DNA from: an uncultured Gemmatimonadales bacterium
Lineage (GTDB): Bacteria; Gemmatimonadota; Gemmatimonadetes; Gemmatimonadales; GWC2-71-9
Direction of reading: 5' to 3'
Length of the DNA stretch: 64,000 nucleotides
NCBI GenBank assembly: GCA_947259405.1
Contig: CAMYLY010000009.1
Location: forward strand, 18,020-82,019
The notes below the pieces were generated by a model. The model saw nothing but the letters and a program-made list of their open reading frames with translations. It was not told the DNA's origin and made no database searches. Below, one piece after another: positions 1 through 9,054 of the stretch. A program made the position numbers and the translations under genes. Position 1 is the stretch's first letter. The number at the start of each line of letters is the position of its first letter.

Positions 1-259
1 GAGCCGCACCGTCGTTGATCCAGCGTGGGCGCGTAGTGTAGGCCTCGCGGTAGGCCAAACGGACACTGTTGCCGTCGGAGAGATCGAGTTGGGAGGGGCA
101 GTGTTCCACGTGAGCGACGCGAAGCCCGTCGGGCTCGGCGGGATCGACCCGAGTTTGCCGGCGCCACTTGTGCTGAGCCTGGGCTCTGACTCGCTGTCTC
201 GCTTCATCCTGACTGTTGACTATGCCCGTGGGCTCGTGCTGCTATGGGAAGCAGAGTGA
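1..259 (+). CDS. 3' end of a probable retropepsin-like aspartic protease (partial)
   Basis: Frame 2 reads SRTVVDPAWA...LSLGSDSLSRFILTVDYARGLVLLWEAE*; LGxDxLxRFxLTVDY resembles the retropepsin C-terminal motif. Confidence 0.5.
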   Translation, partial: SRTVVDPAWARSVGLAVGQTDTVAVGEIELGGAVFHVSDAKPVGLGGIDPSLPAPLVLSLGSDSLSRFILTVDYARGLVLLWEAE

Positions 260-269
260 CACGAGCGCC

Positions 270-414
270 GTTTCACACGCGTTAGGAGCTGACAGACACG
301 GGCGGTTTTGACGGAAGGCGTTGCTATGGGCGCAACCCAGCCTCATCGTTACGGTGGGGAAGCCACCCGCCCTGCGGGCGGGTTGTTTGCAGCTCAAACG
401 CAGGGACGTTAGGC
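270..414 (+). mobile_element. attC-like recombination site (complete, degenerate R'')
   Basis: R'' GTTTCAC 270-276; L'' GCGTTAGGAGCTG pairs with L' CAGCTCAAACGC with an extra G; internal hairpin ACCCGCCC-TGC-GGGCGGGT; R' GTTAGGC 408-414 just before the next gene. Confidence 0.75.
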
Positions 415-443
415 GGCTGCCGGAAGAATTGGAGCAAGCGACT

Positions 444-1094
444 ATGCTCTCGCCCGTTGAGGCACGTCGAGTCTACGATCGAATCGGATCGCTTCAGGAT
501 TCTCAGGCGTTCTACGAAGATCGCGCTACCGAGTTGCTTCTGCGCAACGGGGCCTTCGGATCGGCGGAGGCCGTGTTCGAGTTTGGCTGCGGGACCGGGC
601 GCTTTGCGCTGCGGCTATTCACGGAGTGCCTTCAGCCGGAGGCCCGGTATCGTGGAGTAGACGTGAGTCCGAAGATGGTCCATCTGGCACGGCAGCGCCT
701 TGCCCGGTACTCGGCCCGCGCCGCGGTGCTCCTTACCGAGGGTGGCCCTCCCGTCGGCGAGGCAGAGGGCTCCTGTGATCGCTTCCTCTCCAATTACGTC
801 TTCGACCTGCTCTCGGAAGAGGACATCCGATCGACCTTGCGAGAAGCTCGGCGTATGCTCCGTCCGGACGGCTTGGTGTGCCTCACAGGCCTTTCGACGG
901 GTGTTGGTCCGCTTTCACGGGCGGTGGCCGGGGTGTTGAGCTGGGTTCAGGTTCATCGACCATCCGCGGTTGGCGGTTGCAGGCCCATCGATCTGCTACC
1001 CTTCCTACGTGGATCCGACTGGGATGTTCGCTTCCACCAGAAAGTGGTAGCGTTCACCATCACGTCGGAGGCACTTGTCGCCCAACGGTGCTGA
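444..1094 (+). CDS. Class I SAM-dependent methyltransferase (gene cassette)
   Basis: VFEFGCGTG motif I, GVDVSPKM motif II; bounded by GTTAGGC (408) and GCCTAAC (1105). Confidence 0.85.
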   Translation: MLSPVEARRVYDRIGSLQDSQAFYEDRATELLLRNGAFGSAEAVFEFGCGTGRFALRLFTECLQPEARYRGVDVSPKMVHLARQRLARYSARAAVLLTEGGPPVGEAEGSCDRFLSNYVFDLLSEEDIRSTLREARRMLRPDGLVCLTGLSTGVGPLSRAVAGVLSWVQVHRPSAVGGCRPIDLLPFLRGSDWDVRFHQKVVAFTITSEALVAQRC

Positions 1095-1104
1095 TCGGTC
1101 AGCC

Positions 1105-1135
1105 GCCTAACAGGCAAATGGACTTGGCGAGCGTC
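1105..1135 (+). mobile_element. attC left half (R'' GCCTAAC); right half missing
   Basis: GCCTAAC 10 nt after the stop, complementary to GTTAGGC at 408. Confidence 0.6.
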
Positions 1136-1270
1136 GCACGTATTGTAAGGAATACACAGCATACTCGCTTTCCCCTTCGGAGTCTTACAGGATCGCGATT
1201 TGCGGGTGCGCGTGCGCATTCCTATCGTTCAACGCGACACCGGCGCACACCCTCAAAAGCGGGAGGCTCC

Positions 1271-1747
1271 ATGCGTTCTCACATTCTCGTGACGGTCTTT
1301 CTCGTTGGCTGTGCTGGAGGGACGTCCTTCCCGGCCGTTGATGTCGAAGCGGACAAGGCCGCCATCCGTGCCCAGATCGCCGATGCCGTCGCAGCTCACA
1401 ATGCGGCTGATGCCGAGGCGTGGGCGAACGTATCGGCAGAGGACATCGTTTTCATGGTCGACGGCGGCCCGAGCATCTCCGGGCGTGCCGCGATAACCGA
1501 CTGGATCAGAGAGTTCTACGCGGCCAACAGAGTGTCGGACATGACAGCGGAAGCTCTGGAGATCGAGATTGCAGGTGACTGGGCGTATTCGCGAGACCAC
1601 GTCTCCGCTATGCTCACCCCCCCTGCTGGTGGCGAGCCGGTGCGTCTGGACGTGAAAGAAATCGTGATTTGGCGGCGGCAGGCTGACGGAACGTGGCGTG
1701 CTTGGCGGAGCATCTTCAATTCCAATACTCCGCCCGAGGTCCCGTAG
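1271..1747 (+). CDS. SnoaL/NTF2-like (DUF4440, YybH-type) lipoprotein
   Basis: GGAGG RBS, lipobox LVGC, GDWAY and WRRQADGTWR motifs. Confidence 0.8.
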   Translation: MRSHILVTVFLVGCAGGTSFPAVDVEADKAAIRAQIADAVAAHNAADAEAWANVSAEDIVFMVDGGPSISGRAAITDWIREFYAANRVSDMTAEALEIEIAGDWAYSRDHVSAMLTPPAGGEPVRLDVKEIVIWRRQADGTWRAWRSIFNSNTPPEVP

Positions 1748-1929
1748 CTGTAACCGGAGCGCCCAGGCACGGCGAACCGTCTCTCAGATCCGTCGCGCTC
1801 TTTCGTCTCGAGAAGGCATGCGGTGCGTCCCGGTGGGCAGGCCGACGTCGCTGGGCATGTGGCGTCCCACGGGTGTATGGTTGCTTGCCGGCGATTGTGC
1901 ACGTTTAAGTCAACCATAGCAGCCTGCGG

Positions 1930-1979
1930 CTGCCCGCCTGGTGGCGGGTCGCCCGCTGGTGATTCGCAGGGCGTTAGAT
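1930..1979 (+). mobile_element. attC right half (R' GTTAGAT)
   Basis: CCCGCC..GGCGGG hairpin then CGCAGGGCGTTAGAT, same layout as 365-414; lies 14 nt before the ATG at 1993. Confidence 0.6.
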
Positions 1980-1992
1980 AGACGAGCGACAT

Positions 1993-2241
1993 ATGGCTGG
2001 TGTTAAGCGAGTAGACTTGGGACCGCGGGGCAAGGCGGTCACGTGGGTTGCAGCCGTCGTCTTGGCAATTGGCGCCGTCGTAGCGGCTGTGCTCCGCTCT
2101 TGGGTCGGTGCCGGCGCGGCGGTCTTCCTGGCTGCGCTATTTAGGTACGTCGGCTGGCTCGGCGTTCACAAGGCCGATGGCGAGCCACACCGATCGTTCC
2201 GTCATAGCGACGGCGATCACGACGCCACCGAATCTGGGTAG
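1993..2241 (+). CDS. Small hypothetical membrane protein (cassette)
   Basis: 82 aa, two hydrophobic helices, flanked by attC-like sites. Confidence 0.6.
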   Translation: MAGVKRVDLGPRGKAVTWVAAVVLAIGAVVAAVLRSWVGAGAAVFLAALFRYVGWLGVHKADGEPHRSFRHSDGDHDATESG

Positions 2242-2258
2242 TGGGTTCCGCTGTTGCT

Positions 2259-2319
2259 GCCTAACAAGGACCTGAAAGCTTGCGGCGTGGCCGCGCAACA
2301 GAATCGCGTGACGTTAGGC
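2259..2319 (+). mobile_element. Short attC-like site (61 bp)
   Basis: GCCTAAC 2259-2265 and GTTAGGC 2313-2319 are perfectly complementary; imperfect inner stem TTGCGGC/GCCGCGCAA. Confidence 0.75.
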
Positions 2320-2341
2320 GGACAAGACCGAAGAGCGACTG

Positions 2342-2938
2342 ATGACACCTGATCGCAAACCGTCGTGGATCCTCGTCCCGCTGGGGCTGCTGGGTGGCCT
2401 GGCCCTCATCGTTTTCATTTCTCTCGTCGCGTATCGGCCAGACCGTCCTGTCGCCACGATCGTCCCGGGATCTTCGTCGGGCCCGGCGTTCGTGGTGCAG
2501 ATCATCCGGCCGCGCCTCGGCCTGCCGCTCGGCGGGATCCTTCCGCCACAGCTCTTTGGGCTCGAGGCGCACTTGGGGTTCGACTCGCAGAGCGCTGGCG
2601 CCTCCATCGGCAGCGTCGACCCCAGGCGCATCGCGCTCGGTGCCGACAACTGGGAGCTGGTCCTCGTTCTCGACGGCGACGGGCGGGTGTCGACCGAGAC
2701 CCGGGTGGCCTTCGAACTCATGTTCGAGGGGCGCCTCATTGGTATGCAGTGCCAGCCCGCCGATCCGGCCATCGGCACCCTGACCGTCAGTGCGCTGGCT
2801 GAGACAGGAGAACTCAGCGGCCGCTTCGACATCGAGGTCCGCAACTGCGAGAATGCCGAGACGGGAGAGCCCCTTACTTGGCCGACGACGCCCCTCGTCC
2901 TCCACGGAAGCTTCGACCGGCTCCCGCTCAACAACTGA
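2342..2938 (+). CDS. Hypothetical protein with N-terminal membrane anchor
   Basis: 198-aa ORF directly after an attC R'; N-terminal TM helix, beta-rich body. Confidence 0.7.
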   Translation: MTPDRKPSWILVPLGLLGGLALIVFISLVAYRPDRPVATIVPGSSSGPAFVVQIIRPRLGLPLGGILPPQLFGLEAHLGFDSQSAGASIGSVDPRRIALGADNWELVLVLDGDGRVSTETRVAFELMFEGRLIGMQCQPADPAIGTLTVSALAETGELSGRFDIEVRNCENAETGEPLTWPTTPLVLHGSFDRLPLNN

Positions 2939-3102
2939 GCGAAGCGACGCCGAGCCTCTGGCGAGCAGCCTTTGCACCGAGCGGCGAGTAGTCAGCTTTA
3001 CCGGTAGCCTAGTGCTAGGTGGATTCTTCCTCACACCGGGCACCGCCTGACACACTGCGGATCTGGTGTCCGCGTTTCTTCACAAGAAAGGGTGTGATTG
3101 AA

Positions 3103-3576
3103 ATGAAGCCGATTGTTCCCGTGCTGGTCGCTCTCGTCCTGGTCAACTCCGCACCGGTATCGGCGCAGAGTTCCACTACGCCGCGGGATAGGGACGCGGA
3201 ACAGGAAATACTGGATCTTTCGAGGATGAAGTGGCGCTGGATGGCAGAGCAAAACGCGGACACGCTTGCTGCACTGTTCCACGAAAAGGCGCGATTTGTC
3301 CACATGAGCGGCACCTGGGGGACGGCCGCGGAGATCGAGATAATCAGAAGCGGGAGCATCCACTACAAGCACGCCGATGTCCACGAAGTTGTCGTAGAAG
3401 TTATTGACGACACTGCCATCCTGTGGAACCGCATTACTCTCGTGGCTGTGGTGCGAGGCAATGAGGTAACGAACCAGTTTACGGTTACCGAGGTCTACAA
3501 GAGGCAAGCGGATGGGTGGAAGATGTTGGCCATGACGTTTAGCAGCGTGCGAAGCGAGCATCGCATTGAGCGCTAA
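3103..3576 (+). CDS. Secreted NTF2-like/DUF4440 protein
   Basis: Signal peptide MKPIVPVLVALVLVNSAPVSA; C-terminal TEVYKRQADGWK motif. Confidence 0.8.
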   Translation: MKPIVPVLVALVLVNSAPVSAQSSTTPRDRDAEQEILDLSRMKWRWMAEQNADTLAALFHEKARFVHMSGTWGTAAEIEIIRSGSIHYKHADVHEVVVEVIDDTAILWNRITLVAVVRGNEVTNQFTVTEVYKRQADGWKMLAMTFSSVRSEHRIER

Positions 3577-3671
3577 GGGTTGTCAGCTCTTGCCCATCGT
3601 GGTCGTTGCCGATGGCTTGCTCAGGTCGTCGCGCCCGAGTCGCCGCAGTGGCTTGCATCGTGCTGGTGACC

Positions 3672-3703
3672 CTGTCGCCGCCTAACGCACGTTAGGCGGA
3701 CAG
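3672..3703 (+). mobile_element. Collapsed attC: R'' and R' separated by only 4 nt
   Basis: CTGTCGCCGCCTAAC-GCAC-GTTAGGCGGACAG; GCCTAAC 3680-3686, GTTAGGC 3691-3697. Confidence 0.7.
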
Positions 3704-3713
3704 CTCCGAACCC

Positions 3714-4136
3714 ATGAGCAAGATCTTCTTCTACGGCCTGTTCATGGATCGGTCTCTTCTCACTGAGAAGGGTCTTCACCCAGAGATTATCGGGTCAGCA
3801 GTGCTACCCGACTACCGCATCCACATCGGCGAGCGAGCAACATTGCTGCGATCCGCTTCGAGTCGCGCCTATGGAATCGTGATGGAGCTCGCCGACCATG
3901 AAGCTCGCGCGCTCTACTCGGAACCGAGTGTTCGCGAGTACATACGAGAACGTGTACGGGTGGAGCTGTTGGACACAAGCGAAGCTGTCGAGGCGTACTG
4001 CTACAACCTGCCGCACGAGTTGGGCCTAGCCGGGGCGAATCCCGCGTACGCGACCGAGCTATCACAGTTGGTTGAGACGCTGCAGTTCGATTCAGCATAC
4101 GTGGAAGAAATCGCTGCGTTTGGCAAGGTGTCGTAG
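3714..4136 (+). CDS. Gamma-glutamylcyclotransferase family protein
   Basis: N-terminal IFFYGLFMD (FxYGx motif), 140 aa. Confidence 0.8.
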   Translation: MSKIFFYGLFMDRSLLTEKGLHPEIIGSAVLPDYRIHIGERATLLRSASSRAYGIVMELADHEARALYSEPSVREYIRERVRVELLDTSEAVEAYCYNLPHELGLAGANPAYATELSQLVETLQFDSAYVEEIAAFGKVS

Positions 4137-4182
4137 TTTCGTATCTGCGGCCCCTCGAGAACCTCAAATGGTGGAGAAGTCG

Positions 4183-4293
4183 ATGAGGCGACCTTCTGCC
4201 CGATCCGTTTGGATGACCCTCGCACTGGCCGGGTGTGCCGACGAGGACGCACCGTATCTTGAGGAAGTCGTCGATACGAGCAGCAGGTATTGA
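4183..4293 (+). pseudogene. N-terminal lipoprotein fragment
   Basis: GGAG RBS then MRRPSARSVWMTLALAGC (lipobox LAGC), stopping 18 aa later. Confidence 0.4.
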
Positions 4294-4385
4294 TATGAGT
4301 GCCACACTAGTGCCACTGAACCACAACCTGCGGGGTTCTTCACAGCGAAATGCGCCCGCACTTTGGAACCGTGAGGACGAGGCAA

Positions 4386-4904
4386 ATGAATGGGAAAAAT
4401 GAAACCGGTTGCTGTCCACGATTCAACCCTGCGCGATGGGACGACCAAGAGATCAGTTGGCAAGACAAGCTCTTCGTACGAGACCGGGTACGGAGCCTGT
4501 TTCACGTGCCTCTGAACTTCGGCCGTGTGATGCAGAGGAACATGCAGGGTATCGAGGCTGCGGGCGCCTTGGATCCTGACCATCTGATGCTCAGCGACGA
4601 GAACTCCCTCTGGGGTGCCGACGTGTACATCGCTGTGTCAAAGGAAATTCCGGGCGCACAGATGGAACGCATTTCCGGTGTCTTCTTCACCAAAGCCTTC
4701 GAGGGGCCGTACAGCAAGGCGAGACAGTGGGCCAAAGAGGTGACGACCCTCATGGAACAACGGGGTCGCCCGCCGAAGAACCTGTATTTTTGGTATACCA
4801 CGTGTCCAAGGTGCGCCAAGGCCTATGGCGAGAACTACGTTGTCCTGGTTGCCGAGCACGCGACAGACGCTCCACCACCATGCGCACAGGCAGACAATGG
4901 CTAG
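4386..4904 (+). CDS. Conserved protein annotated as hydrolase (GyrI-like fold)
   Basis: TGCCPRFNP..WD, FEGPY and YTTCPRCAKAYGENYVV motifs of a conserved family. Confidence 0.75.
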   Translation: MNGKNETGCCPRFNPARWDDQEISWQDKLFVRDRVRSLFHVPLNFGRVMQRNMQGIEAAGALDPDHLMLSDENSLWGADVYIAVSKEIPGAQMERISGVFFTKAFEGPYSKARQWAKEVTTLMEQRGRPPKNLYFWYTTCPRCAKAYGENYVVLVAEHATDAPPPCAQADNG

Positions 4905-5316
4905 CCTACCAGATCCAACCGATCCCATCCGTCAGAAGGCGGTCACGTACCCTGGTGTTGCGAAGGGAACCTCTTGTACCCAAAGCTCGTTTAAGGCCGG
5001 GTCCGGTACCTTCCTGTTCATCGGCCCAGGGCCAAGGGGCCAAGGATTCAAAGCGATGTTCAAGCTGAGACGGTCGATGCCGCAAGCGGAGAAGCTTGCG
5101 GCAAAGGATCCGAGCCGATTTGAGATTGGTTCGACGGGATGGGTCACCACGCGTTTCACGAAGGAGCAGCCGCTTCCCAAAACCATTTGGCAAAAGTGGT
5201 TGGAGGAATCCTACGAAGTCACGTACGGCCCCAAGGCGGCCACCAGTAAGCGTGAAGCCGGAGCAACCCAACGCCAGCGTGCCCGGCACAAGGGGAAACC
5301 CAAGTCAAAGCAGTAA
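4897..5316 (+). CDS. MmcQ/YjbR-like protein
   Basis: GSTGWVT and WLEESY motifs; overlaps the upstream gene by 8 nt. Confidence 0.6.
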   Translation: MASLPDPTDPIRQKAVTYPGVAKGTSCTQSSFKAGSGTFLFIGPGPRGQGFKAMFKLRRSMPQAEKLAAKDPSRFEIGSTGWVTTRFTKEQPLPKTIWQKWLEESYEVTYGPKAATSKREAGATQRQRARHKGKPKSKQ

Positions 5317-5386
5317 GCCGACAAGCGCTTAATGTTGATGGGAGTGAGGAATGCGTCGCATGGCGCGCAGTCGGTGCGCACCCGCG

Positions 5387-7093
5387 TTACGGGAACAAAC
5401 GACGGAAGGCCTCGCGTTGGTGCGCGCTGCCGACGGCGACCAGCGCTGACCCCCTTGCCAGACGCTGATCAGGCCTCGGGTGCGTCACGACCCCACCGTC
5501 CGTCTGGAGTGCGATGACGTTGAGACCGGTGCGCCCGCCCACGTCGGCGTCGCCCAGTGTCTGGCCATCCAGCGTATCCGGGCAAGGCACATAGAACAAG
5601 TCGACGCTCTCACCCATGATGATCAGTTCACGTCCCTGCACGATCGAGAACACCGCCTGCACGCCGAGAAACGCATAGCTCAGCACGAAGTCGGCGCCGG
5701 CCCGATGAATCGCTTCGACGTTGCGCTCGTGCGTGACGCGCGTCAGGATGCGCGCGTCAGGATTGAGCCGCCGGCAATAGACGGTCAAATAGACGTTCAT
5801 CGCGTCATCGTGCGTGGTGAGCAGAATGGTCGGCGCCTCGGCGATGCCGGCTCGGTCGAGTACCGTCCGGTCTGCTGCGTCACCGACGATGAAGCGGTTC
5901 GGGACACCGAGGCTCTTGTCTTCGAGTTCGGGGTTCCGTTCGACGATATTGACGGGGACGCCACGAGCGTGGAGCGCGCGAGCCGCCGAGCGTCCCACCT
6001 TGCCGCCCCCAACGATCAACACCGGGTTGGGATTGGCGTCGTAGATGACGAGCACCTCGTTCAGCTCGTCGATCTGCTCTTCCGTACCGATCACGACAGG
6101 CACGGAGAGAGGCGACAGCGTGAAATCTGGGGCCGCCGGCTGAAACCGGCCGCGTTCCCACACACCCACGATCGTCACCCCCGTGAATTCGCGCAGACTC
6201 GTTTCCTGAATGGTCTTGCCCTGGAGCGGCGTGTTGTGGACCGGAAACTCCGCAAGCACCAAATCGTGGAACTTGCCGATCCGGTTGGCCTGCGCTGAGC
6301 CGGCACTCACGCGGTTCGCAAGATGCTCGCCGAGCTGCCGCTTGAGCGGCAGCACGTGCGTGGCCCCGCTGAGCTCTAGCACATCGATCGAATCGTCAGA
6401 GTCGGCAAGCGCCACGACGGCGACGGAGTCGGATAGCTCCCGCAGCGTGAGGACGATGTTGGAATTGACCGTATCCGAGTCGTTCGCCAACACCAGACGG
6501 GAGCTGGCGGCGCGAGCCGCCTTGTACGTTTCCACTGCGTCAATCTCGCCAATCACGACGGGCAGGTCGGCGTCCTCCATCCGCATCGCGAGCTCGGGGT
6601 CTGCCTCGATCAGGTACGTTGGAACACCCGCTAATTCGAGCCGCTGCAGCAGCCCGAGCGCGATCGGGTCGTTCGCACAGATCAAGACATGACCCGAAAT
6701 CTCCGCTGGTACGGCTTGCAGCCCTTTGATGCGTGACCGGCTCCGTTGTTCGAGCCACGGCGCGTACACGATCCTGATGAAGAGGAACGGCAGAATGACG
6801 AGCAGGAGGATGACCCCAGTGATCAGGACGATCGAGCTGAAGAGGCGTCCGAGATCCGACTCGAACGTGATGTCACCAAAGCCCAGGGTGCTCATCACTG
6901 TCAACGCCCAGTAGACGCCTGTGAACCAGGAATGATTCTGGCCCTCCCACGCCATGATGACGTGAAACAGCCAGCCGTACACCAAGACCACCGCGACGAG
7001 GAGGACGACGTAGCGGCCGAAGGGAACCAGCCGCCTCCGGACTCCGGCACCACCCTCGAGCAGTGTGGCGAGGTGAGATCCGACGGTCTTCAT
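5387..7093 (-). CDS. Potassium channel with tandem RCK (TrkA-N/TrkA-C) domains
   Basis: TVMSTLGFGDI selectivity filter, two TM helices, IVGGGKVG Rossmann motif; start placed at MKTVG. Confidence 0.9.
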   Translation of the reverse strand: MKTVGSHLATLLEGGAGVRRRLVPFGRYVVLLVAVVLVYGWLFHVIMAWEGQNHSWFTGVYWALTVMSTLGFGDITFESDLGRLFSSIVLITGVILLLVILPFLFIRIVYAPWLEQRSRSRIKGLQAVPAEISGHVLICANDPIALGLLQRLELAGVPTYLIEADPELAMRMEDADLPVVIGEIDAVETYKAARAASSRLVLANDSDTVNSNIVLTLRELSDSVAVVALADSDDSIDVLELSGATHVLPLKRQLGEHLANRVSAGSAQANRIGKFHDLVLAEFPVHNTPLQGKTIQETSLREFTGVTIVGVWERGRFQPAAPDFTLSPLSVPVVIGTEEQIDELNEVLVIYDANPNPVLIVGGGKVGRSAARALHARGVPVNIVERNPELEDKSLGVPNRFIVGDAADRTVLDRAGIAEAPTILLTTHDDAMNVYLTVYCRRLNPDARILTRVTHERNVEAIHRAGADFVLSYAFLGVQAVFSIVQGRELIIMGESVDLFYVPCPDTLDGQTLGDADVGGRTGLNVIALQTDGGVVTHPRPDQRLARGSALVAVGSAHQREAFRRLFP

Positions 7094-7307
7094 GGCTCTT
7101 AGTCTAACGCCGGGAGTTGGAACTGGACACGGGTTGAGCGCCGGAGCACCCTCATGGCGGTAATGCGGTCGGCCAGAACTCAGCGTGAGGTGAATGGTCA
7201 CCGCTCCGCTGGTCAGTCCCTTAGCGCGTCGCTTGGGCCTGTGGACCACGCAGCAGAATTCGCGAGACGTTCGACGGCATGCGACATTGGAACTGGAGGG
7301 CACCACT

Positions 7308-7757
7308 TTGCAGCCGACCATCGTTACCTGGGTACTCATCGTATTTGGTGCGATTACCTTGGCACCACTTGTATTGGCCCAAGTCGTCATGCTAACAAAG
7401 CCGCATAGTCAACAGGCAAAAGACATCCTGGTCGCGAAAGGTGAAGACTGGCGAGACAAGACGCACTTTCGATCCGCTCTGGGGTTCGCCTGGGCGGATT
7501 GGCTGCTTGTTGTCCCATTGGTGATTTCGGGAAGCATCGGTGTGATTCTTGGGCATGCCTGGGGTTATGTCCTTTGGGGTGCGGCTGGATCGATTTCTCT
7601 GTACATCAACATCGTGTTGTGGATCATGGAGAAGGAATACGTTTATCCTTCTCGTGGAGCGCTTGCCTACTACACCTACTATTGGGGTTTCTTTGTGTAT
7701 TGGGGGGCTCTTGCTTTAGCATACGCAGCCATGCGTCTCGGCGGCGTAGAACTCTAG
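7308..7757 (+). CDS. Hypothetical multi-pass membrane protein
   Basis: GGAGG RBS with TTG start; four hydrophobic helices; AT-richer than neighbours. Confidence 0.7.
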   Translation: MQPTIVTWVLIVFGAITLAPLVLAQVVMLTKPHSQQAKDILVAKGEDWRDKTHFRSALGFAWADWLLVVPLVISGSIGVILGHAWGYVLWGAAGSISLYINIVLWIMEKEYVYPSRGALAYYTYYWGFFVYWGALALAYAAMRLGGVEL

Positions 7758-7803
7758 ACCCGATATGGTGATGGCGGCAGACGAGTAGGAAGTAACTCGA
7801 TAG

Positions 7804-8208
7804 ATGCCTGTGAACCGACTCATGCGTTTCCCCAGTGCGGTCAAGCGAGATCCCGACATCGACAGTTGGATGAATGAGCAATCGGATGAGCTGGGGCCAA
7901 TTGCGCGGTATTGGTTTGACGTCATGCGCGAGCGTGGAGACGATGTTCGCGAACTCTTGCATGACGGCCATCCGACCGCGTGCATCGCGGACGCGGCATT
8001 CGCCTACGTCAACGCGTTCAAGGCTCACGTCAACGTTGGGTTCTTCCATGGTGCCGAGCTTTTGGATCCAGACCGTCTGCTAGAAGGCACTGGCAAATTC
8101 ATGCGCCACGTGAAGCTCAGGCCCGAACATGAGGTCGATGCGGCGTCGCTGATCAAGCTGATCGAGACTGCTTACGCTGATATGAGGAGACGTCTGCGGG
8201 CCGAGTAG
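7804..8208 (+). CDS. DUF1801 domain protein
   Basis: HVNVGFFHGAEL.DPDRLLEGTGKFMRHVKL signature. Confidence 0.85.
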   Translation: MPVNRLMRFPSAVKRDPDIDSWMNEQSDELGPIARYWFDVMRERGDDVRELLHDGHPTACIADAAFAYVNAFKAHVNVGFFHGAELLDPDRLLEGTGKFMRHVKLRPEHEVDAASLIKLIETAYADMRRRLRAE

Positions 8209-8249
8209 TGCGTGGATATCCTGGGAGGCCCGTAGCTCATGGCACGCTC

Positions 8250-8392
8250 CTGCCTCCCGCGACCATTCCCCCGCTTCGGAAAGCCATTTCGAAGCTTCGG
8301 CATAGCGTACGGGAGCTTCGGCATAGCGTACTGAAGCTTCGGCACGGCCTGTCGGAAATGGGTTCCAAACAATGCAAATGGCTTTCTGGCAG
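8250..8392. repeat. 21-bp-period tandem repeat element, copy A
   Basis: GCTTCGG at 8273, 8294, 8315 and 8336, followed by a ~50-bp tail homologous to copy B. Confidence 0.85.
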
Positions 8393-8529
8393 ACACTTGA
8401 GCCTCCTTCGGGCCCATCGCACCTCGTGCACTCGCTAGCGCCTTGCGGTTCCCGGCGGCAGAATTCCGAGTCGCTGGACAGCGGATGTCCGCGCATCTTG
8501 TCGAACCGTCGCAAATGGAGCTTCGAACC

Positions 8530-9009
8530 ATGACCACCCCAAGGTTGTCCGCGTACGTCGCGTTGCTGGGAGTTGTTACCGCCTGCGCCCCTACGATCGA
8601 CCTCGAAGCAGAACGGGCCGCGCTTCGCGAGACGGACGAGGCCTGGGCCGCCGCCGCCTCGGCCGGAACAGACGTCGAGTTGATGGCGTCATATTGGTCC
8701 GATGATGCCACCGTCTATCCCAATGACGCGCCCATGGCACAGGGTACGGACGCGATTCTCGCGTTCGTGCGATCGAGCCTCGAGATACCCGGCTTTTCCG
8801 TGAACTGGCAGCCGCAGGAAGTTGTCGTGGCAGAAAGTGGCGACCTCGGATGGACCTCGGGCACGAATGAATTCACGGTTCCGAATCCCGAAGGAGGGAC
8901 GATGACGATCCGCGGCCACTACGTGGCGGTCTGGCAGAAGGACGCCGACGGCAATTGGAAGTGCGTGGTCGATATGTTCAACACGAGGTCGCCGGGCGGG
9001 ACCGGATGA
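8530..9009 (+). CDS. SnoaL/DUF4440 (YybH-type) lipoprotein
   Basis: Lipobox VTAC; SGDLGW and GHYVAVWQKDADGNWKCVVD motifs. Confidence 0.85.
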   Translation: MTTPRLSAYVALLGVVTACAPTIDLEAERAALRETDEAWAAAASAGTDVELMASYWSDDATVYPNDAPMAQGTDAILAFVRSSLEIPGFSVNWQPQEVVVAESGDLGWTSGTNEFTVPNPEGGTMTIRGHYVAVWQKDADGNWKCVVDMFNTRSPGGTG

Positions 9010-9054
9010 CCGCGGACCGCGGACGCACGGGATCGTAGTACGCGAGGAATTCTC

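Noticed and set aside
5317-5345. AGCCGACAAGCGCTT after the 5316 stop and GCCTGAC near 3045 as further attC halves
   Set aside because: Core AAC is mutated and there is no partner arm; too degenerate to support.
8250-8392. 21-bp repeats (and the copy at 11670) as a CRISPR array
   Set aside because: The period is only 21 bp with a 7-10 bp core, far too short for repeat plus spacer, and there are no cas genes.
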